From: Acidisphaera sp.
GTDB taxonomy: Bacteria; Pseudomonadota; Alphaproteobacteria; Acetobacterales; Acetobacteraceae
Assembly: GCA_035272265.1 (NCBI GenBank)
Contig: DATEQV010000162.1
Location: forward strand, 379-64,378
DNA length: 64,000 nt
Direction: 5' to 3'
A program made the translations under genes and the position numbers. Shown piece by piece: positions 41,082 to 51,816 of this stretch (its first letter is position 1; each line of letters starts with the position of its first letter). The notes beneath the pieces were generated by a model. The model saw only the letters and a list, made by a program, of their open reading frames with translations, was not told the origin of the DNA and searched no databases.

Positions 41082-43823
41082 CTACGGCGTGGGCGCGGCC
41101 GGAGCGCCGAGGCGTGCGAGTTCCGCCCGCGCGCCTTCGTATTCGACGAAGTGGTGCGGGCAGCTACTGCCGGCGAGCTGGAACAGGCGGATCGCGTCGT
41201 CGCGGCGTTGCTGCGTCAACGCCATTTCCGCGCTGTAGAAATTGGCCTCGCAGACCTGTTCGCTTTGTGTCTTCGGGTCGGGATCTTTCGCCGCCGAAAA
41301 CAGGTCGGCCTGCGTCAGGTCGCCGTTGACGAAGCGAAGCAGCGCGGCCTGCCAGGCCGCCGCATCGGCCGGCGGGCCGGTCGGCGCGTCCAGGCTCGAC
41401 TCGCCGGCGCGACGCTCCGCAATGACGCGCCAGATCGCCGGGTAGAGGTATTTCGGGTTCAGTTCGCTCGCCTGCCTGAAGTCGGCCTGCGCCTTGTCCA
41501 TCGACAAGCTGTAGAAGAACGCGCGGCCGCGACCGAACGCGCTGGCGAGGTTCTTCGGATCGAGCGCGAGCCTGGCGCCGTAATCCGCGATCGCCCGGTC
41601 GAAGTCGCGCGTGGCCATATAGGCCTCGGCACGATCATACACGACGGTATCTTTCGGATCGATCCGTAGCGCCTCGGTGTAGTCGGCGATCGCGCGGTCG
41701 AACGCCTCGGTCGCGTACAACGCGCGGCCGCGGTAGGCGTAGGCGGGCTCGTATGTCGGGTCCACTTGCAGGGCGTGGGTGTAGTCGGCGATGGCACTGT
41801 CGAACTCGCCTTTCGCCGCGAATGCCCGGCCGCGGAAGTCCCAGGCGTACGGCGGCTTGCCGTTGGGATCGAGCGTGATCGCAATCGATTCCTCGGCGAT
41901 GGTGCGATCCGGGTCGCCCTTGAAGAAGTAGGCGATGCCTCGGTTGACATGCGGGTATGGATACGTGGGGTTGAGCATGAGCGCCTCGCTGCAGTCGGCG
42001 AGCTCGCGGTCGAGGTCGCCCTTCCGGCCATAGGCGAGGCCGCGATTGTTGTAGGCGATGCTACGGTCGCCCGGAGTCGCGCTGGCATTCGAGATGATGC
42101 GCGTGCAGGCCGCGATCAGCCGATCCAGATCGGACGAATCGTTGCACGCGATCATGTCGGCCCCCACAGGAACCCACGTGCGCGACGGGGGCGTGCTCGA
42201 CGGCGGCGAGCTCGACGGCGACGAGCTCGTGCCTTCCGGGAGATACTCTTGAATCACCGTGCCGTCCATTTCGTAGACGATCCGTCCGTCATGCCCAAAG
42301 GGATGGTCCTCGGCCCTGACCTCGACCACGACGTTGCCTCGCGGCGACGGATCCATGTTGGCCCGCTCGCTCGTGATCCTGTCGATGTTCGGCAACTGCA
42401 GGCGCGCCAGCGTTCGTGATCGCAACGCCGCAAGCCGCTCGGCGGTGAGCGGCTTGAGGTCGGCGGTGGTGAAATGCGGGTTTCCCGTAAACCAGGGAGT
42501 GGGGCCGCTCATGAACCCGCCGGGCATGCCGAAGCGCTCGAAACCGTGGTCGTTCAAAATGACCGAGGTGACCGCGTCGGTCTTCCGCGGGTCCTGCGCC
42601 GTGATCAGGATCTTGTCCTTGTCAGCCGCGATCGACAGGAACTGCGCGCCCGGGCCGAACTCGCGATCGATGCGGGCGAGCGCATCCACCAGCGTCTGCG
42701 GATCGCGCCAGTCGGAGGGCCTATGGCGGCTTTCCGGCAGCATCACCTGTTGCACCGCGCCGGCGGCGTCGATGACGACCGAGCCATGGTCGTTCCCGTC
42801 CGCGATCTCGACCGTCCAGGCGATCGCCGGCGCACGGACCCCAAGTGCTGGCTTGGCCACCTTGACCTCGGTGATCTTGCCGTACTGCATCGCCAGGCTT
42901 TGCCGCGCGGTCTCTTCGACCTTCGGCAAGGCGGTCCAGTCCACGTCATCGACGGCGAACGGGTCGTTTGCGGCCCCGACAAAGGGCGTCTCGATGATCG
43001 GAGCCCCGACCAGCGCGCGTGCCAGACCGCTGGCATTCCAGGAATAGATGGTCTTGAAGCTCCCTCCCCCGATCGGAGAGGTCTTGTCCTGAATGTTGGT
43101 CGTGATGCGAATGTCGCTGCGGCCGACAACGACCTCGATCAGCTTCTGCCCCGGGCCGACGACGTCGCGAACCGCCCGCATCGCCGCGATCAACTGGTCC
43201 GGCGCCGCCGTCATGTCCAGCGTTCTGGCGTAGTTCGTGCCGGAGAGGTCGGCGCCCATGATCGTCCCGTCGCCGCCGGCGATGACGCTCGCGTTCTCGC
43301 GCCCGCTGCTGACATGGACCGTCCAGTGCACCGAGCCGCTCGTCGCCGACAGAATGTTGACCGACCGGGCGATCTCCATGCCGGTCACCTGTCCCGCATC
43401 CTCGAGATGCGCGCGAGCGATCGCAGCCGCAGCGAGCTTCGTCGCCGCGGCGAAGTCGATGTCGTCGAGATCGAACAGGTTCGATTCAAGATCAGGATTG
43501 ATGAGGTCGAGGGGGACCGGCAGCGGGCCGGAGACGCTCTCGTGCGTGAAGGAGTGCCCGAACGCCACGACGCGCCAGCGGCTGAACCGCCACTCGTTGA
43601 CGTGACGGCGGTCCTGCGGGTCCTGGGCCTGCAGCACGACCTCGTCCGGCGTGATCTCGATCTTCAGCACACGCAGGTTGCCGCCGCCGATTTTGTCGCG
43701 GATGGCGGCGACGGCATGCGCGACGGCGCCGTACTCGTCGAACAGGGTGGCGGCGGCGGAACCGCCTCCGGCGAGCAGCACCAGAAGCGCGAGCAACGGC
43801 AGCAGTCGCGACGGCGCACGCAT
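41082..43823 (-). CDS. Exported protein with three N-terminal repeats and a C-terminal NlpI-like TPR domain
   Basis: Signal peptide; Ser/Pro linker; AY.NRG TPR units; CEANFY..FVEY tail as in NlpI. Confidence 0.75.
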   Translation of the reverse strand: MRAPSRLLPLLALLVLLAGGGSAAATLFDEYGAVAHAVAAIRDKIGGGNLRVLKIEITPDEVVLQAQDPQDRRHVNEWRFSRWRVVAFGHSFTHESVSGPLPVPLDLINPDLESNLFDLDDIDFAAATKLAAAAIARAHLEDAGQVTGMEIARSVNILSATSGSVHWTVHVSSGRENASVIAGGDGTIMGADLSGTNYARTLDMTAAPDQLIAAMRAVRDVVGPGQKLIEVVVGRSDIRITTNIQDKTSPIGGGSFKTIYSWNASGLARALVGAPIIETPFVGAANDPFAVDDVDWTALPKVEETARQSLAMQYGKITEVKVAKPALGVRAPAIAWTVEIADGNDHGSVVIDAAGAVQQVMLPESRHRPSDWRDPQTLVDALARIDREFGPGAQFLSIAADKDKILITAQDPRKTDAVTSVILNDHGFERFGMPGGFMSGPTPWFTGNPHFTTADLKPLTAERLAALRSRTLARLQLPNIDRITSERANMDPSPRGNVVVEVRAEDHPFGHDGRIVYEMDGTVIQEYLPEGTSSSPSSSPPSSTPPSRTWVPVGADMIACNDSSDLDRLIAACTRIISNASATPGDRSIAYNNRGLAYGRKGDLDRELADCSEALMLNPTYPYPHVNRGIAYFFKGDPDRTIAEESIAITLDPNGKPPYAWDFRGRAFAAKGEFDSAIADYTHALQVDPTYEPAYAYRGRALYATEAFDRAIADYTEALRIDPKDTVVYDRAEAYMATRDFDRAIADYGARLALDPKNLASAFGRGRAFFYSLSMDKAQADFRQASELNPKYLYPAIWRVIAERRAGESSLDAPTGPPADAAAWQAALLRFVNGDLTQADLFSAAKDPDPKTQSEQVCEANFYSAEMALTQQRRDDAIRLFQLAGSSCPHHFVEYEGARAELARLGAPAAPTP

Positions 43824-43955
43824 GGCCGGCCTCCGGATCAGACGTTCGAGGGGAAGACTACCCGTTCGGACCACCTATTCTGGGTCTGGTCGGGTTCGGC
43901 GGGCAATCGGACGGCAGCCTGCGCGACCTCGGTCCGGAGCCGCCTTAGGCCCCGT

Positions 43956-45062
43956 TCAGGCTGGCTGGTCGCCGAGGCAGATACCCAGGCCGCGCGCAAC
44001 CCGCACCAGCGAATCGTCCGCTTCGACCGGATGCGAGCCCTTGGCGATGACGTCGGCGATCAGCACGTCGGTCACGCCGCGCTGCGACCATGCGACCATC
44101 CGGCCCGACTGGCCGGCGTTGAGAAGGTCCACCGCGCGCACGCCGAACGCCGCCGCGGTCAGACGATCCCAGGCGCTCGGCTGTCCGCCGCGCTGCACGT
44201 GGCCCAGCACCGTGACGCGGGTCTCCGCCTGGCACAACTCGCCGATCTGCACCCCGATGACCTGACCCACGCCGCCCAGACGCACCTGGCCGTCCTGCAT
44301 GACGTGCGTACGCACCGTGCCGCCCTTCGGACGTGCCGCCTCGGACACCACGACGAGGCCGAAATTGTGTCCGGGCTTGCGCACCTTCTTGAGATGGTCG
44401 GCGACGACGTCGATGTCGTACGGGATCTCCGGAATCAGGATCACGTCCGCGCCGCCGGCGATGCCGGCCGCGAGCGCGATGTGCCCCGCCCCGCGGCCCA
44501 TCACCTCGAGGACCATGATCCGGTCGTGGCTCGCCGCAGTCGGCTGCAGGCGATCCAGCGCTTCGGTCACGACCTCGACGGCGGTGTCGAAACCGACCGA
44601 GGTTTCGGTCATCGGGACATCGTTGTCGATCGTCTTCGGCACGCAGATCAGCGGGATACCACCCAGTTCCGACAGCCGGAGCAGAATAGGCAGGCTGCCG
44701 TCGCCGCCGATGCCGATCAGCCCGTCGCAGCCGGTCTTGCGGAAGTTCTCGATGATCTCCCCGGAACGGTCGTTCACGCTGCCGTCCGGCATCACGTAGG
44801 CGAACGGATCGCCCTTGTTTGTGGTGCCAAGGATCGTGCCGCCCTGCCGCATCATCACGGTGTCGGTGTCTTCGGGGCGCAGCGGAACCGTTGTCGGTTC
44901 GTCGCCGAGCAGGCCGTGCGTGCCGTAGACGAGGCCCGTGACCTGCCAGCCGAGTTGTGCCGCGCGCAACACCACCGCGCGGATGATCGCGTTCAGGCCA
45001 GCGCAATCACCGCCGCTGGTCAGAAGCGCGATCCGTCTGGTCCGTCCGGGCGCCGTGGTCAT
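43956..45062 (-). CDS. pfkA: 6-phosphofructokinase
   Basis: LTSGGDCAGLNA, GGTILG, IGGDGS, PKTIDND, EVMGR, LGHVQRGG. Confidence 0.95.
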   Translation of the reverse strand: MTTAPGRTRRIALLTSGGDCAGLNAIIRAVVLRAAQLGWQVTGLVYGTHGLLGDEPTTVPLRPEDTDTVMMRQGGTILGTTNKGDPFAYVMPDGSVNDRSGEIIENFRKTGCDGLIGIGGDGSLPILLRLSELGGIPLICVPKTIDNDVPMTETSVGFDTAVEVVTEALDRLQPTAASHDRIMVLEVMGRGAGHIALAAGIAGGADVILIPEIPYDIDVVADHLKKVRKPGHNFGLVVVSEAARPKGGTVRTHVMQDGQVRLGGVGQVIGVQIGELCQAETRVTVLGHVQRGGQPSAWDRLTAAAFGVRAVDLLNAGQSGRMVAWSQRGVTDVLIADVIAKGSHPVEADDSLVRVARGLGICLGDQPA

Positions 45063-45231
45063 CGCGTGGATCCATCAAGGAGGCGCCGTCAGACTGGCAT
45101 GGAACGAGACGGGGGCGAAGGTGCGCGACCTGCATGGTGACCCCGCCGCGGGCCTGATCGGCTCGAATGCGGCAATTTACGTCCTGTCGATATGCGCGGA
45201 ATGAAACCCCGCGCGGTTTTGCGGCGGCGCC

Positions 45232-45723
45232 TTACCTCCGGGACGCGCGTGCTTCCCCACCCTCGGGCGCGGCGTTCGGGCAGCGGATGAGCGGATACGG
45301 GAAGTCGTTGCAGCCCTGGAAGATGATCTCGTGGTTGCTGCTGCGCACGACGTGGAGCACGTCGGGATTTTCGCAGCCGAATCCGGTCGGGCTCTGGGTG
45401 TTCAGGCCGAGCAGATCCGACCCGGCGGGTGGCGGCGGGACGCTGGTGAAGCGGAATTCGACGCCGGTGGCGGACGCGCGCGCGGTCTCCACGATGCGCT
45501 GCACGTAGGTCTGGCTGGTCAGCGTGGCGCGCAGCACCACGTCCTTGGTGAAGATCATGACAGGCTGCGCGAGGCACGCGGCCGGCGCGATGCGCCCCTC
45601 GACCGGGAAGAATCCGCCGGTCCAGGAGCCGAACAGCCATGCATGGGGCGGCAGGGCCTGGGCGGCGGCCGACAGGGGCGCCGCGAACAGCGTGGCGATG
45701 ACGACCCGGCGCAGACGGCGCAT
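45232..45723 (-). CDS. Exported hypothetical protein with four Cys
   Basis: Signal peptide ending AAQA; WLFGSWTGG; GC3-rich codons. Confidence 0.65.
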   Translation of the reverse strand: MRRLRRVVIATLFAAPLSAAAQALPPHAWLFGSWTGGFFPVEGRIAPAACLAQPVMIFTKDVVLRATLTSQTYVQRIVETARASATGVEFRFTSVPPPPAGSDLLGLNTQSPTGFGCENPDVLHVVRSSNHEIIFQGCNDFPYPLIRCPNAAPEGGEARASRR

Positions 45724-45878
45724 GCGGCACTTCTCCGTTGTGACCGACGGACCATAGACCGGGCTGCCCCCATGGGGGAGAGCGAGTGGGGGGGTGCGCC
45801 CGATTGCGCGAAGCGGCACCCGAGTTGCGCGAGACGGCCCGAGTTGCGCGAAACGTCAATAGCGTGCAACAGGCCCGC

Positions 45879-46457
45879 ATGCTGAAGCGACTTTACGAGC
45901 ACACGATCTGGCTTGCCGCCAGTCCGCGCGCCCCCTTCTGGCTCGCCGTCGTGGCGTTCGCCGAGAGCAGCGTCTTTCCGATCCCGCCCGACCCTCTGCT
46001 GCTGCTGATGGGCCTGGCGCGCCCGGCCCGGGTCTGGCGGTTCGCCCTGATCGCCACGGTGGCCAGCGTGGCCGGCGGGATGCTCGGCTATGGCATCGGC
46101 TACGCGCTGTTCGACCGGCTGGCGCGCCCGCTGCTCGATTTCTACGGCTATGGCGCGAAGTTCGACGCCTTCGCCCAGGCCTATCAGGCCTGGGGCGTGT
46201 GGGTGATCCTGATCAAGGGCCTCACGCCGATCCCGTACAAGCTGGTGACCATCGCGTCGGGCGCGATGCACTTCGATTTCCTGACGTTCGTGCTGGCGAG
46301 CGCCGCCACGCGGGGCGCGCGGTTCTTCCTGGTGGCGGCCCTCGTGCGCTGGTTCGGCGAGGCGGCGCGGGACTTCATCGAGCGACGGCTGATGCTGGTC
46401 ACCACCGCGACCGCGGTCGGGCTGGTCGGCGGGTTCGTGGTGCTGCGGTTCCTGTAG
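45879..46457 (+). CDS. YqaA / DedA (VTT domain) membrane protein
   Basis: FAESSVFPIPPD, TPIPYK, RGARFF. Confidence 0.9.
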   Translation: MLKRLYEHTIWLAASPRAPFWLAVVAFAESSVFPIPPDPLLLLMGLARPARVWRFALIATVASVAGGMLGYGIGYALFDRLARPLLDFYGYGAKFDAFAQAYQAWGVWVILIKGLTPIPYKLVTIASGAMHFDFLTFVLASAATRGARFFLVAALVRWFGEAARDFIERRLMLVTTATAVGLVGGFVVLRFL

Positions 46458-46484
46458 GGGCCGGCGCGAGATCAGTCTGACGCG

Positions 46485-47126
46485 TCAGCCGCCGCCGGCT
46501 CCGTCATCGGGCGCACTGTGACCGAGCGCCCGGTCGCCTGCGTGCCGGCGCACCAGGGCGCGGGCGTAACGCGGCATGACGTCCGGCATGATCGTCTGCC
46601 CTTCCGGCGGCCGCTCCACGCCGAACACGTAACGCGGAAAGTCAAGCGGCTTCTGCACGGACCAGATAGCATGGTGCCGGTCGGGCGGCAGGATATGCGC
46701 CGGGTCGCCGACGGCGATCCAACCCAGTGGCACGGTCGCATGCGGGGGCAGCGCCGTGCGCAGATGGACGATGCCGTTGATCCGCACCTCGGCGCCGCGC
46801 CCGATGCGGGCCCCGTTGAACACGGTGCAACCGGTGGCGAGGAACGCGTCATCCTCGACGATACAGCCCGTCAGGTAGGCACGCGGCCCGACGAGCACGT
46901 TGTCGCCGAGCGTCAGCGATGCACTGCGCACGCCGCGCAGGACCGCGGTGTCCATGATCACGCAGTTGGCCCCGACGCGGATCGGACCGCTTTCCGCCAC
47001 CAGCACCGCGCCGAAACCGACTGAGCAGTTGGGACCGATAACGACGTCGCCGCACACCGTGGCGTTGGGCGCGACGCGCGCCGTCGGATGGACCTGCGGT
47101 GAACGTCCCTCGTGCTCGAAAAGCAT
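46485..47126 (-). CDS. Gamma-carbonic-anhydrase-like hexapeptide repeat protein
   Basis: PQVHPTARVAPNATVCGDVVIG and left-handed beta-helix repeats. Confidence 0.8.
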   Translation of the reverse strand: MLFEHEGRSPQVHPTARVAPNATVCGDVVIGPNCSVGFGAVLVAESGPIRVGANCVIMDTAVLRGVRSASLTLGDNVLVGPRAYLTGCIVEDDAFLATGCTVFNGARIGRGAEVRINGIVHLRTALPPHATVPLGWIAVGDPAHILPPDRHHAIWSVQKPLDFPRYVFGVERPPEGQTIMPDVMPRYARALVRRHAGDRALGHSAPDDGAGGG

Positions 47127-47152
47127 TCCTTGCCCCCGATCGCGTCGCACCG

Positions 47153-47180
47153 ACGGTCAGCGCGAAACAGCGCTGACCGT
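47153..47180 (-). terminator. Hairpin downstream of prpE
   Basis: ACGGTCAGCGC-GAAACA-GCGCTGACCGT. Confidence 0.55.
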
Positions 47181-47189
47181 CAGCCGAGG

Positions 47190-49076
47190 TCAGGCCGTGC
47201 CGAACAGCGCGCGCATCTCGTCCAGCGCCGCCGGATCCTCGATGGTCGGCGGCGTGGGCGCCGGCTGGCCGTCGGCGATTCTGCGGATGCTGCCGCGCAG
47301 GATCTTGCCCGAGCGCGTCTTCGGCAGCCGCGGCACCACCCGGGCGTCCTTGAACGCCGCCACCGGGCCGATCCGCTCGCGCACCAGCGTCACCAGCTCC
47401 TTCGAGATCACCTCGTGCGGGCGGTTCACGCCGGCCTTCAGCACCACGAGGCCGATGGGCGTCTGGCCTTTCAGCTCGTCATGCGCGCCGATCACCGCGC
47501 ACTCGGCAACGTCCGGATGCGCGGCCAGGACCTCCTCGATCCCGCCGGTCGACAGGCGGTGGCCGGCGACGTTGATGATGTCGTCGGTGCGGCCCATCAC
47601 CCACACGTCGCCGTCCGCATCCACCTTGCCGCCGTCACCGGTCTTGTACCAGCCGGGGAAGTCCTTGGTGTAGGCATCGTGGAAGCCTTCGTCGTCCTGC
47701 CACAGCGTCGGCGCGTTGCCGGGCGGCAGTGGCAGCCGCACGCACAGACTGCCGGTGCCCTCGCGCGGCAGGACGTGGCCGTCATCGTCGAGAGCTTGCA
47801 GGTCGTAGCCCGGACAAGGGCGTCCGCCGGAGCCGAGCTTGCGCGGGAACAGGCCCAAGCCGCGGAAGTTGGCGGTGATCGGCCAGCCGGTCTCGGTCTG
47901 CCACCAATGGTCGACCACCGCCACGCCGAGCTTTTCCGTCGCCCATACCGCCGTGGGCGGGTCTAAGCGCTCGCCGGCCAGGAACAGCGTCTGTAGCGAC
48001 GACAGGTCGTAGCGCTTGATGAACTGCCCGTCCGGGTCCTGCTGCTTGATCGCGCGGAACGCGGTGGGCGCGGTGAAGAAGCTGACCGGCCGGTGTTGCG
48101 AGATGATACGCCAGAATGCGCCCGCGTCGGGCGTGCCGACCGGTTTGCCCTCGTACATGACGCTGATGCAGCCGGCGAGCAGCGGCCCGTAGACGATGTA
48201 ACTGTGGCCGACGACCCACCCGACGTCCGAGGCGGTCCAGAACACGTCGCCGGCGCCGACGCCGTAGATCATGCCCATGGACTTGTGCAGCGCCACGGCA
48301 TGGCCGCCGTTGTCGCGCACGATGCCCTTCGGCTTGCCCGTCGTGCCGGAGGTATAAAGAATATAGAGCGGATCGGTGGCGGCGACGGGCACGCAGGGAT
48401 GCGGCTCGGCGGCAGCTTCGGCCTCGCTGAAGTCCTCGTCGCGGCCCGCGATCAGCGGCGCGGACAGCATCGGCCGCTGCAGCAGCAGGACGCGCTCGGG
48501 CTTGTGCGGCGAGATGTCGATCGCCGCGTCGAGCAATGGCTTGTACGCGACGATTCGTCCCGGCTCGAGCCCGCAGGACGCGGTGATCACCAGCTTGGGC
48601 CGGGCGTCGGCGAGGCGCACCGCAAGCTCGGGTGCAGCGAAGCCGCCGAACACAACCGAGTGGATCGCGCCGAGCCGCGCGCAGGCCAGCATGGCGATCG
48701 CCGCCTCGGGCACCATCGGCATGTAGATCACGACCCGGTCGCCGCGACCGACGCCGCGCGCCGCGAGGGCACCGGCGACGCGCGCGACACGGTCGCGCAG
48801 GGCGGCGTAGGTGAACCGCCGGACCTCGCCGACCATCGCGCTGTCCCAGATCAGCGCGGTGCGCTCGCCGTTGCCGGCTTCGACGTGCCGGTCCAGGGCG
48901 TTGTAGCAGGTGTTGAGTTCGCCGCCGACGAACCAGTGGCCGTACGGGCCCGCCGCGGGATCGAAGACCCGGTCATAAGGACGGTGCCAGGTGATGGCCT
49001 CGGCCGCCTGCGCCCAGTAGTGCTCAGGGTCGGCCTGCCACTCTGAGTAGACGGTGCCGTAGCTGCTGTCCGACAT
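47190..49076 (-). CDS. prpE: Propionyl-CoA synthetase (acetyl-CoA synthetase family)
   Basis: YTSGTTGKPKG..RDNGGH, DHWWQTETG, LPKTRSGKILR. Confidence 0.88.
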   Translation of the reverse strand: MSDSSYGTVYSEWQADPEHYWAQAAEAITWHRPYDRVFDPAAGPYGHWFVGGELNTCYNALDRHVEAGNGERTALIWDSAMVGEVRRFTYAALRDRVARVAGALAARGVGRGDRVVIYMPMVPEAAIAMLACARLGAIHSVVFGGFAAPELAVRLADARPKLVITASCGLEPGRIVAYKPLLDAAIDISPHKPERVLLLQRPMLSAPLIAGRDEDFSEAEAAAEPHPCVPVAATDPLYILYTSGTTGKPKGIVRDNGGHAVALHKSMGMIYGVGAGDVFWTASDVGWVVGHSYIVYGPLLAGCISVMYEGKPVGTPDAGAFWRIISQHRPVSFFTAPTAFRAIKQQDPDGQFIKRYDLSSLQTLFLAGERLDPPTAVWATEKLGVAVVDHWWQTETGWPITANFRGLGLFPRKLGSGGRPCPGYDLQALDDDGHVLPREGTGSLCVRLPLPPGNAPTLWQDDEGFHDAYTKDFPGWYKTGDGGKVDADGDVWVMGRTDDIINVAGHRLSTGGIEEVLAAHPDVAECAVIGAHDELKGQTPIGLVVLKAGVNRPHEVISKELVTLVRERIGPVAAFKDARVVPRLPKTRSGKILRGSIRRIADGQPAPTPPTIEDPAALDEMRALFGTA

Positions 49077-49219
49077 GGCGTTTTCTCCCTCTCACGGCAG
49101 GGTTCACGGCACCTTGCAATCGACATTGATCCATAGCAATGACGGTCACGATACGGTCAAAAAAGCGGCCGAATCGGCCGTTTTCGCGGCGCTTGCCGCG
49201 CTCTGGGGGGAGGACGTGC

Positions 49220-49573
49220 ATGGACCCGCTGGCAGCAAGCCAGATCAGGCAGGACCCGCGTCTCGTCGCGTTGCAGAAGAAGCGTGACAGCTTCGCCTGG
49301 ACGCTCGCGATCATCATGCTCGTCGTCTACTACGGCTTCATTTTCCTGGTCGCGTTTCGCCCTGACATCATGGGGATGAACGTGGGCGGCGTGGTGACGC
49401 TCGGCTCCCCGCTCGGGCTCGGCGTGATCCTTCTCGCGATCATCCTGACCGGGGTGTACGTCGCACGTGCGAACGGCGAGTTCGACCGCATGACCACCGA
49501 GATCGTGGCCGGCGTGCAACAGCGGTCCGGCTATGCGGCCGGCAACCGCCAGACGATCGGAGCCGCCCGATGA
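49220..49573 (+). CDS. DUF485 (YjcH-like) membrane protein
   Basis: Two TM helices, YV.RANGEFD; canonical position before actP. Confidence 0.88.
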   Translation: MDPLAASQIRQDPRLVALQKKRDSFAWTLAIIMLVVYYGFIFLVAFRPDIMGMNVGGVVTLGSPLGLGVILLAIILTGVYVARANGEFDRMTTEIVAGVQQRSGYAAGNRQTIGAAR

Positions 49574-51221
49574 TGCGGCTTCTGATCGCGGCCCTCGCGC
49601 TTGCGCCGACGCTCGCCCACGCGGCGGGCGCGCTGGAAGGCGACGTCCAGCGCACGTCCACGAACTTCACCGCGATCGTCATGTTCCTGGCGTTCGTGGC
49701 GGTCACCCTTGGCATCACCTACTGGGCCGCGCAGCGCACGCGGTCGACCAAGGACTTCTACGCCGCCGGCGGCGGCATCGGCGGTTTCCAGAATGGTGTG
49801 GCCATCGCCGGCGACTACATGTCGGCGGCGAGCTTCCTCGGCATCTCGGCGCTGGTCTACACGAGCGGCTTCGACGGGCTGATCTACTCGATCGGCTTCC
49901 TGGTCGGCTGGCCGATCATCATGTTCCTGATGGCCGAGCGGCTGCGCAACCTGGGCCGCTTCACCTTCGCCGACGTGGTGTCCTACCGCCTGCAGGCGGG
50001 CCCGATCCGCACGCTGGCTGCGGCACGTTGGTAACGGTAGCCTTCTACCTGATCGCGCAGATGGTCGGCGCGGGGCAGCTCATCGAGCTGCTTTTCGGCC
50101 TGCCCTACGCGCTCGCCGTCGTGATCGTCGGCGTGCTGATGATCCTGTACGTCACGTTCGGCGGCATGATCGCCACGACGTGGGTGCAGACCATCAAGGC
50201 GGGGCTGCTGCTGTTCGGTGCGACGATGATCGCCGTGCTGGTGCTCAATACGGTCGGTTGGGACGTCAACGAGCTGTTCACCCGCGCCATCGCCGCCAGT
50301 CCGAAGCATGAGGCGATCATGCGGCCGGGCGGGCTGGTGTCGAACCCGATCTCGGCGATCTCGCTCGGCATCGCGCTGATGTTCGGCACGGCGGGCCTGC
50401 CGCACATCCTGATGCGGTTCTTCACCGTGCCGGATGCGAAGGAGGCGCGGAAGTCGGTCTTCTGGGCGACCACCTTCATCGGCTACTTCTACATCCTGAC
50501 CTTCATCATCGGCTTCGGCGCGATCGTGCTGGTCAGCACCAACCCGGCCTTCCTGACGCCCGACCACAAGGGGCTCATCGGCGGCACCAACATGCCGGCG
50601 ATCCATCTGGCGGCCGCCGTCGGCGGCGACGCGATGAAGGGCTTCATCTCGGCGGTGGCTTTTGCCACGATCCTGGCGGTGGTGTCCGGGCTGACGCTGT
50701 CGGGCGCCTCGGCGGTGAGCCACGACCTGTATGCCAGCGTGATCCGCCACGGGCGGGTGGCCGAGGGCGCGGAGATCCGCGTGTCCAAGATCACCACGCT
50801 GGTGCTCGGCGTGCTGGCGGTGGCCCTCGGCATCGCCTTCCAGAAGATCAACGTGGCCTTCATGGTGGGGCTGGCGTTCGCCATCGCGGCGAGTGCCAAC
50901 TTCCCGGTGCTGCTGCTGTCGATGTACTGGCGCGGGCTGACGACCTGGGGCGCGTTCGTCGGCGGCTTCGCCGGCCTGATCTCGGCGGTGGCGCTGACGG
51001 TGGGCAGCAAGTCGATCTGGGTGGACGTGCTGCACCTGAGCGACCCGTGGTTCCCGTACAGCTCGCCGGCGCTGTTTCCCATGCCGCTGGCGTTCGCGGT
51101 GTCGTGGCTGGTGTCGCTGATCGACAGCAGCCGCCAGGCGCGGGTCGAGGCGGACGCGTTCGAGGCACAGTACATCCGCTCGCAGACCGGCATCGGCGCG
51201 GAGGGTGCGGCGGCGCACTGA
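49570..51221 (+). CDS. actP: Cation/acetate symporter, frameshifted near 50020
   Basis: [17 protein letters not shown] in one frame; [25 protein letters not shown] in another. The frame change may be an assembly error. Confidence 0.9.
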
Positions 51222-51242
51222 GGGCAAGCTGTGGTTTGATGC

Positions 51243-51274
51243 ATCATGGCCGGGGAGAGATCCCCGGCCATGAT
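51243..51274. terminator. 14-bp hairpin between convergent actP and the toxin gene
   Basis: ATCATGGCCGGGGA-GAGA-TCCCCGGCCATGAT. Confidence 0.65.
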
Positions 51275-51278
51275 CGTT

Positions 51279-51608
51279 TCAGGCGATACCCAGAAACAGC
51301 GCCACGGCGCTCGTTGTGCGGGCGAGCTCGTCGGCAGAAAGTCGGCCTATCGGTTGGCTGATCCGGCGGAGCAGGACCGTCGTGATCTTGTTCACGACAA
51401 TCCACGAGGGACGGTCGAGCGGCAGCTCTTCGCTTGGAGCAATACTGATGCGAAGCATCGAGGCGTCCGTCTCGACGCTCGTGATCGGACAGACCGTCAC
51501 GCCGTCTACAGGCTGAAAGCTGTCACTCTGGATGATGACCGCCGGGCGAGGTTTGCTCGTGAAATCGCCGCTCCGGTCGGCGACGATGACGACATCACCA
51601 CGCCGCAT
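51279..51608 (-). CDS. PemK/MazF family toxin
   Basis: MRRGDVV..KPRPAVIIQ..VTVCPITS..S.I..KITTV..IGRL. Confidence 0.9.
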   Translation of the reverse strand: MRRGDVVIVADRSGDFTSKPRPAVIIQSDSFQPVDGVTVCPITSVETDASMLRISIAPSEELPLDRPSWIVVNKITTVLLRRISQPIGRLSADELARTTSAVALFLGIA

Positions 51609-51816
51609 CAGGATCGTTCAGCGCGCTGACCTCCTCGACCCATTCCGTGAGGCCTTCCCGGCGTTCTGCCTCGGCAACGGCGAGCATCTGCCGCCTTGCC
51701 TCCTCCACGAAGCCGGGCGCACGCGTGTCGCGCACCCAAATCTGCACGGGCCGCAAACCCTGCTTGCGCAGCGCCTCGCGGTGGCGTCGGACTCGGTCTC
51801 TGGAAGCGTCGCTCAT
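51595..51816 (-). CDS. MazE-like antitoxin (DUF3018 family)
   Basis: RVRRHREALRKQGLRPVQIWV.DTR.P.F..EARRQ; overlaps the toxin start. Confidence 0.88.
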   Translation of the reverse strand: MSDASRDRVRRHREALRKQGLRPVQIWVRDTRAPGFVEEARRQMLAVAEAERREGLTEWVEEVSALNDPDAAW

